This document shows positions 1 through 14,020 of a stretch of DNA of 64,000 nucleotides, in pieces. Position numbers and translations under genes: made by a program. The notes under the pieces were generated by a model. It made no database searches and was not told the origin of the DNA. It worked only from the letters and a program-made list of their open reading frames with translations. This DNA is from Chrysemys picta bellii (Eukaryota), in assembly GCF_011386835.1 (NCBI RefSeq), contig NC_088793.1, positions 103,540,001 through 103,604,000 of the forward strand, given 5' to 3'. The stretch's first letter is position 1; every line of letters starts with the position of its first letter.

Positions 1-342
1 AGTTTGGGGTTCATTTTGAGTTCTAAGTAAAGCTTCAGACTGGTTTTCTATATATCTTAACCCATTTGTCCATCCATGACATAAATATTTACTTGTTTTG
101 GTGAAGTACTATTTTAGTAGGAGAAATAATGTAATCACTCTGCACTCATTTACTTAAAATAGCCTGCAATGACAGAGCTTCTAGCAGATTAAATTTACAT
201 ACAGGAACTCTTCTTAATGAGATGGAGGATAGGGATTAAAAGGGAAATGTAAAAAATATTATTCTCACAAAGTGCAAGTTTATTCTCAAAATTAATTACA
301 GGAGTATGTGACATCAGAACACAGTCTCATAACCCAGGCTAA

Positions 343-624
343 GGTCTGGTCTACACATAGTTTCTGTGCCTATTGAACTATTTCACGTAGGAGTGTGATT
401 TTATAGTTAAATCAGTACAACCCCTAGCATGGATGCAGTTAGCTGGTATAAAGGTACTTATACCAATATTGCATATTCCTGTACATTTAGGGGAATACAC
501 TACAGTAGAATAAACACCTTTATAGTTTATAACTGTATCAGTCCTAGGGAGTACTATCACTTTAACTATATCGGTTTCCAAACTGATATAGTATAAGCAG
601 TGCAAAAACTGTGCGAGAAAGTCC
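343..624. mobile_element. PIF/Harbinger-type MITE (decayed)
   Basis: TAA|GGTCTGGTCTACAC ... degenerate TGTGCGAGAAAGTCC|TAA; 3-bp TAA target site duplication (TSD). Confidence 0.65.
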
Positions 625-677
625 TAAGGTTTCAGGCACTATGGCAAATACCCATGACTACTCTCTATTACTTAGTC

Positions 678-1078
678 CACTGGTTCTCAACCAAGGGTAC
701 GTGTCCTCCTGGGGTACTCAGAGATCTTTCAGGGGGTACATCAACTCATCTAGATTTTTGCCTACCTTTACAACAGGCTACATAAAAAACATTAGTGAAG
801 GCAACACAAACTAAAATGTCATGGACAATGACTTGTTTATACTGCTCTATATACTATACACTGAAATGTATGTACAGTATTTATATTTCAATTGATTTAT
901 TTTATAATTATATGGCAAAAAATGAGAAAGTCAGCAATTTTTCAGCAATAGTGTGTGCTGGGACACTTTTGTATTTTTATGTCTGATTTGGTAAGTTTTT
1001 AAGTGAGGTGAAGCTTGCAGGTACACAAGACAAATCAGACTCTTGAAATCAGTAGTCTGGAAAGGGTGAGAGCTGCTG
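678..1078. mobile_element. hAT-Charlie-type MITE
   Basis: Termini CACTGGTTCTCAACC ... GGGTGAGAGCTGCTG; 8-bp TSD ACTTAGTC / TCTTAGTC (7/8). Confidence 0.75.
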
Positions 1079-1436
1079 TCTTAGTCAATGATCCAAAGCC
1101 TATTTAAATCAATAGGAGTTTTTCTGTTGACCTTACTGGACTTTGGATCAAGCCCTTAGGCCCAGATTTTTAAAGGCATTAAGGTACCTAACTCCTATAG
1201 GCACCTAACAATCTTTATAGATTTGGTTCTTAGCCCCTAAACAGAAGGGGAGGGGACTATGTCCAAACACACCACAAAACAGCCACAAACAAATTTCTTT
1301 AGGATCAAAAAGTGTCCTTGTTGTTTGCTGTTTTCAGTGGAATTGACTTGACAAAATGGATAATGAAATTTAGTTCCCTAAAATTATAAGCCAAGAACTC
1401 CAGTAGTTTAATCTCCTTGTTTATGCATACAGTGGT

Positions 1437-2005
1437 GTGGCCACTGATCGCCTCTTATGCACCCCCTTTGTGGACAGAGGTCGCTCTACCACCCTGCCTC
1501 TCTTAGCCATCTCATCTCTTCAGGGGCCCTTTAAGAATTCACAGTTCACAAAGTAATTCAAACAATCCCCAGAAGGGATCCCATTGATTTAGTCCTCAGG
1601 TGCACATCAGCCCTCCAGGCCCCAACCCTCATTCAGTGTCTCTCTCCCAGTAGTCTAATGCAAAGTCTTTCCAAACAAAATACAAATTTAAACAGTCTTT
1701 ACCCCAGTTTCAGCTGGGCACAGCCCCTCCTCCCTGAGGATGGGTCAGTCTGTCTGTCTGTCTGTCGGTCTTTCCTCTGCTTCTTGGGCAGAATCTCTCC
1801 CAGCCCAGGCCTCCCTGCCTAGAGAGTTTTCGTTTGTTTACAGTCAGGCTTCCTGCCCATCTCCCCGTCTCTCCCACTCCCATACCCCCTGCCTTCTGCC
1901 CTTTTACCCTGGGATCACCTGATTGCCCTCAGGTGGGGATCGCCATGTAATCAGTCCTGGCTTAGCTCCAGGCTCTCCCGCCCAAGGGCTAGTCATGCTG
2001 TTACA
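1437..2005. mobile_element. Possible solo LTR
   Basis: GC-elevated block bounded by TG...TTACA, composition like the other LTRs here; no TSD found. Confidence 0.3.
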
Positions 2006-5000
2006 ATTCAATTCTTGACTAAAACTGTAACTCTGTTCAGATTATTATGGAAGGCTTTGGTACATTGTCACCTGTCCACTACGAATACTATTCTCATTCT
2101 TCTGTGTTGAAGTTTAGTTCTTTAGGCTCCTATCATTACTATTGATTTAAAAAAAAAGATGGTTTTAAGTAAGTTTCATGGTGAAAGTTGTCCCACTGCA
2201 GAAGGGTTGCATCGTGTTATGCAGCACTTATACCTTTTATACAATATGTAAGTGGTGCTTAAAACTTTGCATGAGTGTTCTACACTGGAGTAAATTTCAT
2301 GTGAACAAGGCCCGATTCTCCACTGCCTGTACTTTGTATGGTCACCTACACCTGTTGAAAAGAAATATAAAATACTTACTGTTCTGAAAAACACTTGGCG
2401 TGTAAAACACGATCAGATCAGACGGTAACATATTTCACCTAATTTTCACACGTGTAAAAAGTAACCAGGGCAAAGCAGTGAAGAATCAAGCCTGTGCACT
2501 GAGTCAACATGCTAACCAGAAAGAAAAGTCCAAGAAAGCTCTTGCTAATCATGGAGCAAGTTCATTCTGTCATGCATAATGTACTGGACATTAATGTCCT
2601 CTATATTAATCAACATGATTGTGTGAATTCTTTATGAACCTTCCATTTAGATTTCAATGTATTTGAACCCAGCAGTTTATTCAATTTCAATGACTATATT
2701 GCAATCAACGCTTCCTTGATAGCTATAGGGGCATCTGTTCACTAACACACAGGGTGGCCAATATCCCTTTAGGAGAAAATCAGCTAGTTCCTCTGTTCTA
2801 CACACTTGGGAAGAACAGAGTTGCTTATAAAATGTAACAAATGTTTCCTGGATTTTAGCCAATATATTTCTGATCCTCTCTTGATCTTCATTTTCACTAA
2901 TCCTTTTCTCTTTGTGTTCCTTCCTTTTGTTGATAAGCCAAAGTTCTGTCAGTCTTGTTTCCTCTCTCGAAAAACGTATTTTTGTTAAGTTTAATTAAGC
3001 ATTCTGCCTTGTTTGCCAAGAGCAAATTTAAGTTCCCCCCACGCTGAAATCAAATTTCACAAAGTGTCCGGGCAATTAGCTCTAATATGTGGTTGCTGTA
3101 ACTTAAATTTTCCCTTTCAAAGGTTTTCATATTCCTTAGTCTTTGTTTCTAAACAGAGGAAGTGAGACTATTTATTTTCCCTCTGGTTGTGGCCTTTGGG
3201 TTCTCCCAGGCAACAGTATCCCCTACGTCCACCATGCCATTAACCACCCATTGATATTCAGCCAAAACCTCCCAGATAATCTATAACCCAAAGGTATTTG
3301 AAGTAACAAATGGTTCATTCTCCAATTAAAATACTCTACTGATGGATCAACCTACATGAACTGGAACAAAATTTGAGTATGGTCTTCTGAAGAGCTGTTC
3401 CAAACAGCACATTTAAAGCATTCATAGACACTGAGGGAAATTGCCTTTGAAAACGGTACATTGGCACAACCGCCCAAAACAATTCAACAGCCTCAGTCTT
3501 TCACACAGAGAGTTTATCTCCTGTGTGTTTATTGTCAGGGGTTTGACTTCAACAGGTTTTAACAAAACAAAAACACAACATGATGCAAAGTAAATGGAAT
3601 AGCAAAAAGGACCTGCTTGAGCTAGCATATAACAAAACCCAGTCTTCTGTAATCTGGTTTTGTGGCCTAGCTCTAGGTTGAGCCTGTTAATTGATCCTCT
3701 TTAACCTTCCTAATGAGCTGTTTTCATAAAGGCTTACACCAGGTTGCCCTTATCCTCAGAAAGGAACCCTTCATTAATCCCCTTTGATCCTTTCCATCCA
3801 GGTAGGTGTGGGCCACAGGAAACTCGAGGAAAGAGTTTACTCCCTGTTAGCCAGATACGACACTTTGTCAGGAGAATACAGTTGGTGCCAGTGGAGTACT
3901 TGTTTCATCTCCAATAAAAAGTCACATTTTATAAAAAAAAAAAAAAAAATTAAAATAAAAACCCTGGATTGCCTCCAAAATGTCAACTAGATAAGCATCA
4001 GCTAATTTGTTCATAAGGAATTTGACAGTTTAAACATTATACTGTCAGTCACTGTCCCTCTCCTTTCCTCCAATCTCCATCCTCCTCCTCCATTTATTTT
4101 GGCAAAGTGATATACTGCTTTGTAGAAAATGGCACTCTGTCAATAACCATCGTGGTACCCTGAACACAACACTTTGGGTCAGACAGAACTGCTCAGACTG
4201 GAGAACAAAACGTATCAGTGCACTTCCACAAATGATAGTCATTGACCAGTCACGTTGCAAGATTCCCTAATGAAGAAATAATTGGTTTTAACATATGAAA
4301 CCTGTAATTACACGTAATATCCTTTTGTTAAAAAAAAGATTTTACTTCAGGCCTCAGACATGTTTTCTTGCTCCAGACACACCCCCTGCTGCTCTCAAGC
4401 CTCCTTTCCCCCAACCTACTGCTAGTTCCTTTTAGCCCCAGGCTCTAAATAGGTTTTACTGTTCATCTCATCCCTCTTCCTCTTTTCACCCTTCCCGCCC
4501 CCCACCCCCGTCACATTCACCCCACACCGGCAAAACTGAAAAATCTGAGAGTTTCTTTTGGCTGACCTCTTTTCTCACCTCATTTTCTCTCTGCTGCTTA
4601 AATAATACAGAGGGAAGGCACAATCAGCAGTTAGATGCCCAAATCCCTTTGACTTTCAGTGGGAGCTGGGCACCTCCCTGTCTTCTGTGATTTTTAAAAT
4701 CTCTCCTGTAAATAATTGGGCAATAATATAGTCTCTATTTCACATGAAAGCAAACACAATGGGGCTCAAGTATTCAAGAACCACCTTCTTTATGGCTTTT
4801 CTGCACTGTAACAGACTCAGTGCTCTTCCTCTGCTGTATTCAGCGTCATAGCTGTAGTATCTGTGGCTATGACCCCCATTGTCATAATACTGCTTAAAGT
4901 CTGGGATTTTTGGAGGCAGGCCTTCGGGTCGATGAAATCCCCCCAAAGGCTGAAGTTGGACAGTTATTTTCTGCTCCTTTCTCCTGTTTGTCTCTCACTC

Positions 5001-8000
5001 CTACTTCTCTATCCTTCCCTTGCTCCTCTCTCTCTCTCTCTCCATCTTCTCTTTTTCTACCTAACTAAGCTGCTCCTTTCCATTTTGACATCTTTTATCT
5101 CACACACTTTGCTCCTAAACTCCCAGATCTTCCTTGCTCCTTGTCTCCTGCTCCTCCCCCCAGTCAGAGTGATGTTTTCCCCCACTAATAGCTGGAATTA
5201 GTGACGGATTCATGATTCAGCTCTATTGCGATGAAGTGGGAAGTGGAGGTGGTCAAAACAGCATATGAAACATGCACTACATTCCAGCACCTCTCAAAAG
5301 AAAACACTTGGCCTTTTTTTTTTTAAAGACTTGGGATTTTAAACAGAAATGGGGAGCCTGGTTGAGCATACAAGGGAGTAAGCACTACCCAGAGAAGCTA
5401 TTTTTGAAAGGTATATTATATTTGTCTTATATTTTATGATGGTTCCAATTTTTATGAGAACATGTCTGACTTCCCCATTCCAATCCTACAACGCTAATTA
5501 TTACTAACAACTGTCCAGATAGAATTCTACATTTTTGTTATAGGAATATAACACATCTTGTTAAATGCTGTTTTGCCCGCTGTAAACAAATTTTTGCTTA
5601 GCAATGTTCAGTCATTTTACTTTTTCTATAATTAATCCTAGCCTTTCAGAAATCAATCAAAGGTCATAGGAAGTTTGTATAACATTTATGGGGTAAATTC
5701 ACAATGCCATATTTGTAGATAGCAGCTGAAAAACTTTGTTTTCCTTTCTGAGTCAAATGAAAAGGTTATTTGCTTGACAGAACAACGATACTAATCTCTT
5801 TCCCATTCACTTCAACTTTCATAGCTTTTGAAACTTTATTTCGGCAAGTGTGCAACAAAAGCTAACCCATATTTAAACTCATACTTCCTAGCCTTTAGTT
5901 TAGAACTTTTGCAGTTATAACAGCCACTCCTCAATAGCATATTACCATTTAGATATTATTTTTATCCATTAATTTACACTTTGATAATTTAAACACAAGG
6001 AGACAGAGCCTCAGCTGGTGTAAACTGACTAATTTATACAAGCAGAGGATTTGGCCCAATTATTTTAATTTATTTTGGCAGAATAAATATGTGGTGTTAT
6101 TATAATTACTTGCTGAGTTTTGTAACAGTTTGTAAAAATAAGGGCAGAAAAATTAGGATTCTGGTTTATATAGGATCTTTTATCTGAAAAATCTACTAAT
6201 GTTAACTTCTTTGTGCCTTACTCATTACTTGTATATTTCACAGTAAATTATATTGACCGTGTTGAGGCCTATATGTTTGGCTTACAATCATAGGTCCATT
6301 GTAGTAAGTGGAAAGACTCTCACTGACATCAGTGGGCTTTGGATCAGGCACATAGTTTCTGCCAGCTTCCCAGGCAAACAGTCGTTAGTTTTGAATCATC
6401 TTTATTACACTATCACAGGTGGCGTTGAAAAAATACCCTGCTCATTCATGGAGCTCGTCTGAGTACCAAAGTGATGGAGGGGCCTTGAATAGATTTATCC
6501 AACTGGAATGCTAAGCAAAATATCAGTGGGGTTCTGCATCAAAGTCTGTACATGTTCCAAGGGGCCTATCAGGAGCTGCTTACTCAGGCAAAATTCCTAT
6601 TTGAAATTTGGCTGGGTACGGAGCCCAGCATTAGGCCGTAGATGTGAAAATGTTGGTTCCATGTTCAAGCACAAATCACCCGAGTCTTTACAAAGGATAG
6701 TCTTGTCATATTTGGTTCAGTGCCAAAGCAACTGAGCAAAACAGGGGGAAAGTAAAATAATTTCCAGGTTTGTTGGTTGAGTTTAGTAAAGGCCCTGCCC
6801 GCCGTGGATACCACTGAAGTAAATGTCATTTATGTTTCATAGCAACCACAAACCTGTAGGTGCAAGATTAAAACAGAAAAAGGGGTAAAAAAAGAAAGCA
6901 AATACTTACAGTTAAACTTTTGTACCTAGGTCTCACATACAGTAGTGATTCATTTTTACCAAGAGGGAAAGTAGGGGTATCCCTTTCATGAGTCAAATTC
7001 TTTTTCTTGTGGATTTCTTTGTTTTGTATGTTTTGGTTCTTGATTTTACTTTAATATCCGTGTAATATTGATAAGAATAGTAGCAAAAGATGCAACCACC
7101 AAATTATGTTTTCCCCTCAGCAAGAAAGAAAGAAGCCAATCATCTAATACAGTATGTCCAAAACATACATTTTTATACAGAGATTTGTAAGAAAAATAGT
7201 CCTGCTATGTTTCATAATAGCAACACATGCCTACAGTTGCATAACTGATCTTGATGAACCAAACTCCAGTTCAAAATCCCTCAACTTCAGTGGGCGCTTC
7301 AGGAGCTCACAAATCAAGCCATTTGTTTAGGTGCCTAACATTAGGCACTCAAGTTTGAAATTTTGTGTCATAGTTCCTTTCATCTAAAGGAATTTATAAG
7401 CATTAATATAATTTAAGATTAACTGAGTTAGCTGAGATTTTTACAGCTAGATGAACCGAGATACAGAAGAGCAAATTCAGCCCTGATATAATTCAATTGT
7501 CACTTTAATTATGCCAGAGATGAATTTGGTACAGAATAGTCAAATGTGTCCACTGATTTTGTATGTCCCTGTTCGTGGTTGTCTGGCTTGAGACACTTAA
7601 CAGTAGGTGTCTAAATCTGGACTTCTAAAAAAAACCCAGGGGATTTTTTTTTTTTAAAGTTCTCCCTAAGTGACTCGTTCGAGGATTTTGAGTGAGTCAG
7701 TAGCAGATTCAGAAATGGAAACCAAGGGCCTAATCCAAAGCCTACTGAAGTCAGTTCTAGGACTCACATTGACTTCAATGGGCTTTGGATCAGATTCTAA
7801 GAGTTCTGACTCCTAGTCCCCGGCTCTGACAATCACACTGTGGTAATATACACAGCATGGCTCTGTGGCAGAATGAGATGCTCATTTCACATTTATGCCT
7901 CTTGTTGCTTTTTCAGCTCACAGTTATTTCATAACTAAACTGGTGTCTGAGACCTTTGAAAAAAGCTGAAGGGTTTGGGCACTGCTATTAATTGCAGGCA

Positions 8001-8959
8001 GCTCTTTTCTATACTTTTTTGCAGGTAACTAAAGATATGTTACTCCCTCTCTCCCATGTTGACACCTTTTTGGTCAGTCTGAGTAAGCTTTAAAGATCAG
8101 TGAAGACATAGACACAATACACACTTCTGTCAAATTATGGTCTGACGCAATGTAGGGTGAATTGCAACAGAACCCATGACATTCAACTGTACCATATACT
8201 TTTGTACTATTATTATTGTTATGCCTTCATAATGATAAAAATAACTTTTCTATTAAAAGTTGTATTAAAAGCCCCCTGATGCTCCTTAAGGTTGACCCCA
8301 ACAGCCATCTAACATGAGTTAAAATTACAACTGCCTTGTCATCACTAGAATTTTATCACAGGTTAATATGGGTTAGTTTAACATAGTTTAAAAAGACTTT
8401 TTTCCTAATGAAGAAGAGACTGCAGTTTCACAAAAGATGTCACTAGGAGAGTCAGTGGTAGAAAGAAAGGTTTTAAAAGATTTTTAAAGGTGATAAATTT
8501 TAATTTCATTTCATTTTTAAACATTGTTATCAAGATGGCTACCACAAGTAGGCTCAGAAATGTTAATTATTGTCAAACATGCTTTCGATTTTAACCGTAG
8601 TGACCCATGTTTCTTAATTTAGAATTTTCAATCTGCTGGGCTAAGTAAAATGATTGTTTTTAATGACAAGAAATGCCTCTTTCTTTCTCTCCACCCGAAT
8701 GAGAGAGTAAGTTGAAAATTGAACCCAGGTTGCCCACATGCCTAAATAGAGCATATCACTAGGCAGCCCTTAGGTGTGGCAGAAAAACAGCTACAGTAAC
8801 TTTTCATTATCAAACAATAATAAAGTTGCCTGAATACTGAATGAAAACAGCTGGAAACCTAATGGCAGAAATCCCAGGATGTGTAATGACTTGGTTAAAG
8901 TCAATTAGAACCTGAAGATGGAAATAACAAGTCTATTACCGGTGGTTACTTATATGGCC

Positions 8960-9170
8960 TGTATTTCTATAGCACCTCACAATATATAATGTGTTTATTC
9001 CACAATACCCTTATGAGGTAGGGAATTGCTATTATCCCTATTTTACAGATAGGGAACTTAGGTACCGACAGACTAAGTGACTTGTTCAAGATCACATAGG
9101 AAGCCTGGGATGGAACAAGGAACCCAACCCACATCTCCAGAATCCCAAGCCAACACCCTACCCAGCAGCC
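8960..9170 (-). mobile_element. CORE-SINE (MIR-like) relic
   Basis: Hallmark ccctattttacagatagggaac...gacttgttcaagatcaca. Confidence 0.65.
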
Positions 9171-9192
9171 TATACTTCCTCTCTCAATCCTT

Positions 9193-9386
9193 AAAAACAA
9201 CAAGGAGTCTGGTGGCACCTTAAAGACTAACAGATTTATTTGGGCATAAGCTTTTATTGGTAAAAAACCTCACTTCTTCAGATGCATGAAAGCTTATGCT
9301 CAAATAAATCTGTTAGTCTTTAAGGTGCCACCAGACTCCTTGTTGTTTGTGTGGATACAGACTAACACGGCTATCTCCTGATACTT
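9193..9386. mobile_element. Penelope-like retroelement end, inverted-repeat (hairpin) insertion
   Basis: Arms aaacaacaaggagtctggtggcacc...gcataagctt and their reverse complement; tail cagactaacacggct; 13-bp TSD TCTCTCAATCCTT (9180-9192, 9387-9399). Confidence 0.75.
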
Positions 9387-9661
9387 TCTCTCAATCCTTG
9401 GCTCTTCTAGTCAAATAACATGTATACTTTGATCAAGGAGCTAGGCCCTTATGGGGCTTGGCTAAGCACTTAAACAGTGAACATCTAGTAAATAATATAT
9501 TTTACTGAGAGAGAGAAAGGCATTGTCTAAGCACAGGAGTTGGACCCTGAAACTCCTGAATTCTAGTTTGGCTCATTTAAAAAATAAATTGTGTGGACTA
9601 CAGGGCTTATAATGGAGAAGTGTAAAATAAGAAATGGCAGTGGAGAAGCAAGGGGAAAGGG

Positions 9662-9685
9662 GATGATGATGATGATGATGATGAT
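9662..9685 (+). repeat. (GAT)8 microsatellite
   Basis: Direct reading. Confidence 0.95.
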
Positions 9686-12671
9686 GAAGTAAAAGGAGGA
9701 AGTAGGAAAAATATATATTTAATAAAAAAAAACCACAAATAAAGTCCATTACTCCGGTCCCATTTCAGTTAATGGCATAACAATAACCACTCATTTGAGA
9801 AAAGTTTGCAGGTAGACATAGTTGAAATTTGGAATTTTCATCCTGCGGGAAAGTTCCAAGATTTCAAAATCTGATTTCATCCCAAATCAGAATATTGAAA
9901 TCTAAGAATTTTTCAGAAAACATGGGTGATGAGAAGGTCAGATGGTTGCTCTGTTCCATTTATGCCTTTAGGAAGGGGCTTGTTGATGTGAAGGATGCAG
10001 GTGCGACCAATGGACACTGCTGGCTAAAGCATTCTGATCTCTGGCACATGGGACAAATGGCCAGTACAAGAGGAACACATATAGACAAGCTCTTGAACAT
10101 TGTTTTTTTCAACATTATTGTTTTTACTTATGTAACAAAAGTTAAAATGATAACTATATATATATACTGTATATAAAAAACACAATATGTAATACAATAG
10201 TTGAAACGATAACATCAAAACAAAATGCTCTGGCCTTATTGAAATGAAACATTTTGGTAATTTCCCACAAACATTTCAATAAAATCAATACATTCCCACA
10301 AAACATTTCAGTTTAGTTAAATCAGCATTTTCTCACAGAAAACTTCCATCAGAAATTTTTTGACCAGCTCTAATTTGCAGGAATTGGCACTTTGCATTCA
10401 AAATGTAGTGTGGGATTATCAAAAGTGCTCAGCGTTCCCCTAACTCTAAACCTTACTCCCACTGACTTGAGAACTTTTCCACTGATTTTAATGGCAGTAT
10501 GACAGAGCCTATTACCTTCAATAAGCTTTGGATCAGGCCCTTAGAGAAGAGTCTTTTGTTACATCACTCATCACGGGCAGAGACTAAAGAGATGGAAATA
10601 AATAAAAAAAAATAATTAAAAATGTGTTCACTGCTCTAGGCATGTTCTAGTTTGTTGTTCAGCTCACTTCATTTCAGCATTTCATTTCTAGTGATTTACT
10701 TACTGGTTATGACTTAAAAAGCAATAATGAAAAAGATTGAAAGATATCTCTGTTTTGTTGTAGATGGCACTTCAGAACTCATGGAATATTTATAGCTAGC
10801 TAGCTATACAATAAAATTTTCAACAAAGCATGCTTTTTAATTCAGTGATAGAGGAGTATGTCATACAATTTCATTGCACACTCAGAGGCAGCATTGCATA
10901 TATCTATTTGCTATCAAATAATACAATGAAATAGATATTTTCCCTAGTGGTAGGTTTATATGATGAGGACTAAAGTGCATTGGCCCACACAGCTTCCATT
11001 CTCTCCATCGTATCAATAAGCCATGCATTAGCTGGAAAACCTAAAGAAAATATCTCACCAGAATTAAGTGAGCCTGACTAAAGCCTGACATGGTTTCGCT
11101 TTTGTTCAATCTAACTAGGTTCTTATACCAAGCCCGTGGCATCTGAGCACCTAAAGAAGGGGAACAAACAATTATTTCAATCCACTGGCCTCTGGGTTAT
11201 GGGCCCAGCATGCTCCTGTTGCATCACACTGGTGCTAACCAATACAAACTCAGAGCAGAACTACTATGATGCAGTAAGCTGGGCAGGCTGATATCCATAG
11301 CCAACACTGTACCTAGCCCCTGGATAAAACTCTAGCCTCTGGAATTTTTGGTCATCTTTCTAGAACTACACTAACATTTACTAAAAAAACCACTGAGCGC
11401 ATAATTAAAAGTCTGACACAACTCCAATTTAGGTCAATAAGAGACGTTCCAATGACTTCTGTCAGAGTTGGATTGAGACCTTAATTATGGTTCCTCCTGC
11501 ATAAACAGACTAGAGTGGATGGAAGATGAAGAATGTTCTTATTTCCCCTCATCCAAACTGCACCCATACCACATACTGAGGAGTGAAAGGGAGGGAGGAA
11601 TGGCTAGCACTCTTTGCATCACTGAGCAGTCCGGGGGCAAGCTTTCTGGCTGAAGCGGGGTAGGAGTGAATTAGAGAACTGCAAATGAGAGAAGAGCAGA
11701 ATATCAGAACTGAGATGTATCATGTGAAAATGAGAGGAGAATGATGTTAAAGTATGCCTTAGAGCTGGCCAGAAAATGGAATTTCTGAATCAGGACCAAA
11801 AGTCAAAATTTGCCACAGATGAAAATTTCAAAACATTTTGTTTCAGAAATAGATTAATGACTGTATCAAAATATTTATGTTGAAATGTTTCATTTTGAGA
11901 GGGTGAGGGAAATATTTCTAGAAAGACAACGATCTAGTTAATATCCTACAACTGTCTCCCCCTTGCATCTTTGTGGAGCCAAGTTATATCAATGGAGCTC
12001 TATGCAAGTGCAGGAAGCCACATGAAGTCAGTTGCAGGACTGGGGCCTTCATTTCTATCTCATTGGTCAGTCTCCAGAGTCTAAAGGAAGGGGCATAAGC
12101 TAGGTCAGTTATTTAGATTCACACTGCTACATTGTGTGAAACAAAAGTAGGGGGATTTCCCATCTCTGAATTAGGGCGAGGGAGAGCACACACCTGTAAA
12201 GGCTGAACATCAGTGATAATTTGGCACAGAGTTAGCTTCCTGTTCCTAATCTTGCTGGAACATTTTTCACTTTTTTTAAAAAAACCCTCTCCTTTTTGTT
12301 ACAGCTGAAAAACAATATAAAATTTTAACACGGTGAAACTGTATTTTCCCACTGGCTCAGGTCTTAACATGACTGGACTGTTTTTGTATTTAGACAAACT
12401 GTGGAATTGCATCCACCTCCTCTACTCCTTTGCCTCCCAGTCTCGTTCTGTGATTTATTGTCTCTCTCTAATGTGTCATTTTGTTGATATTCTTTAACAA
12501 CCACACCCACTGTGCTGGTACTATTGGAACAGTTTTTGCTTTTCTTTTACTTAGCTCACTTATTTGTATGTCATGTTGTTGATAGAAGGCTAGAGTGCAC
12601 AAGGGAGATAAACCCCATTTCTCTTACATGAAATAACGGTTGAACAAGAGTTGCCCAAAATATATCCTGAA

Positions 12672-12745
12672 AGGGCCCAATCCAATGTCTGTTGCAGTCA
12701 ATGGGAGTCCTTTCATTGACTTCCATGAATGTTGGATCAGGCCCC
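12672..12745. repeat. Short palindromic MITE-like repeat (representative; similar copies near 1090, 7730, 10500, 24110, 39000, 55440, 58320, 58620)
   Basis: gggcc(c/t)(a/g)atcc...ttgacttc(a/c)atg...ggatcaggccc ends, repeated throughout the window. Confidence 0.6.
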
Positions 12746-13789
12746 AAATGATTTTTTTTAATTGAATCCTTGGATATTTTTGTTTAATTTAAGTTGTAAA
12801 AGAGAAAATCAAATTCAGGTTTGTGATCTTTTTTGCTTCTTCATCAAATCTAAGGAAAGACACCAAATTTCTTTTTCAAAACCATTTACTTCAATGGAAC
12901 CAGTATTCACCCAACGTTTTAATTTCTCTTTTAATTTCTGCTTTTTTATATCAGAAGCTCTCTTCTATAGCTAAAGGACTTGTTAAAGATCTCAGATGTA
13001 TTTTGTGGCCTCTCAATCCTTAAGAGAAGGGTCAGACTGTTGAATATTTGACAAAGTCAGCTTTTCTCCAACTGTTTATTTGAGCATTTGAGTGTTAAAG
13101 AACAATTTTAAATAGACTGAATAAAAATCATTTCCCTACCAATTTAATCAGGTTTCACCTGCATGGCATCTCTAATATCATCATCCTATACATTCTCCAG
13201 TCTTCCAGGACAAAACAGACCTGGATTTCTAATGTAAGAAAACAAACAAATATTTCAGACTCAAAATATTTATGGTTTTTACACATGCTAAAGAAAAAAA
13301 GGACAAAAATATCTCTCCCCCACTCTCTGGCAATTACCTTTTAACTGCTGAATACAATCTACAGAGATCAGAAAAGTCATGTTAGCTGGCCCTGTCCCCA
13401 GGGATCTCCTGGATCAATTTGAAAATATATGCTCTAGCTTTATATTTTTGATGAATACCTCAATCCTTATCTTTCCATAACATAGTGTGTCCAATCAGAA
13501 GAGAGATTTCCATTAACTTTATCACGTATAGAAAAACTGTGGTAATTAGTTATAAAGCTAATTATATATTAGCAAAGTACAAATATCGAAAGATGAATTT
13601 TCAAAAGATGCTAAGGATGCTTTTTTTTTTCATCTTTAGCATTAGTGTTATCAACCAGGCAAGAAGTGAAATCTTCTGTGTATTAGAGTTAGCTTACTGA
13701 ACAAGGAGAGTTCCTTTCTAGTTATAAACAGAACAGAGTAGATTTGTAAATTTCTATTTTATCTAGGTATTCATCTGAACTCCATCACT

Positions 13790-14020
13790 ATAGAATCAGA
13801 GACTCTCTAAACATTGATGAATTAATTCTCACAACACCCCTTTAAGGCATGAAAATATTATTATCCCCATGTTTACAGATGGGGAGCTGAGAAAAAAAGA
13901 AGTTAAATGTCTTGCCCAAGGTCACACTGGAAGTCTGTGGCAGAGCCGGGAATTTAACCTTCTTTTCCTGAGTCCCAACACAATGCCTTAACCACAAGAT
14001 CACACTTCCACCCCAGAAGA
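13790..14020 (-). mobile_element. CORE-SINE (MIR-like) relic
   Basis: ccccatgtttacagatggggagctgag...cttgcccaaggtcacac. Confidence 0.7.

Noticed and set aside
1468-1490. CTCF-like motifs (GGACAGAGGTCGCT here; GGGAGGTGGTAG at ~49936)
   Set aside because: Only the 3' half of the consensus matches; cannot be supported without a PWM scan or ChIP
4863-5201. Leu/Ser-rich 112-aa 'membrane' ORF
   Set aside because: Translation of a CT-rich low-complexity tract
6903-7145. Possible minus-strand exon (GTAAGT donor at ~6909)
   Set aside because: Weak -1 donor position, stops in all frames, no partner exons
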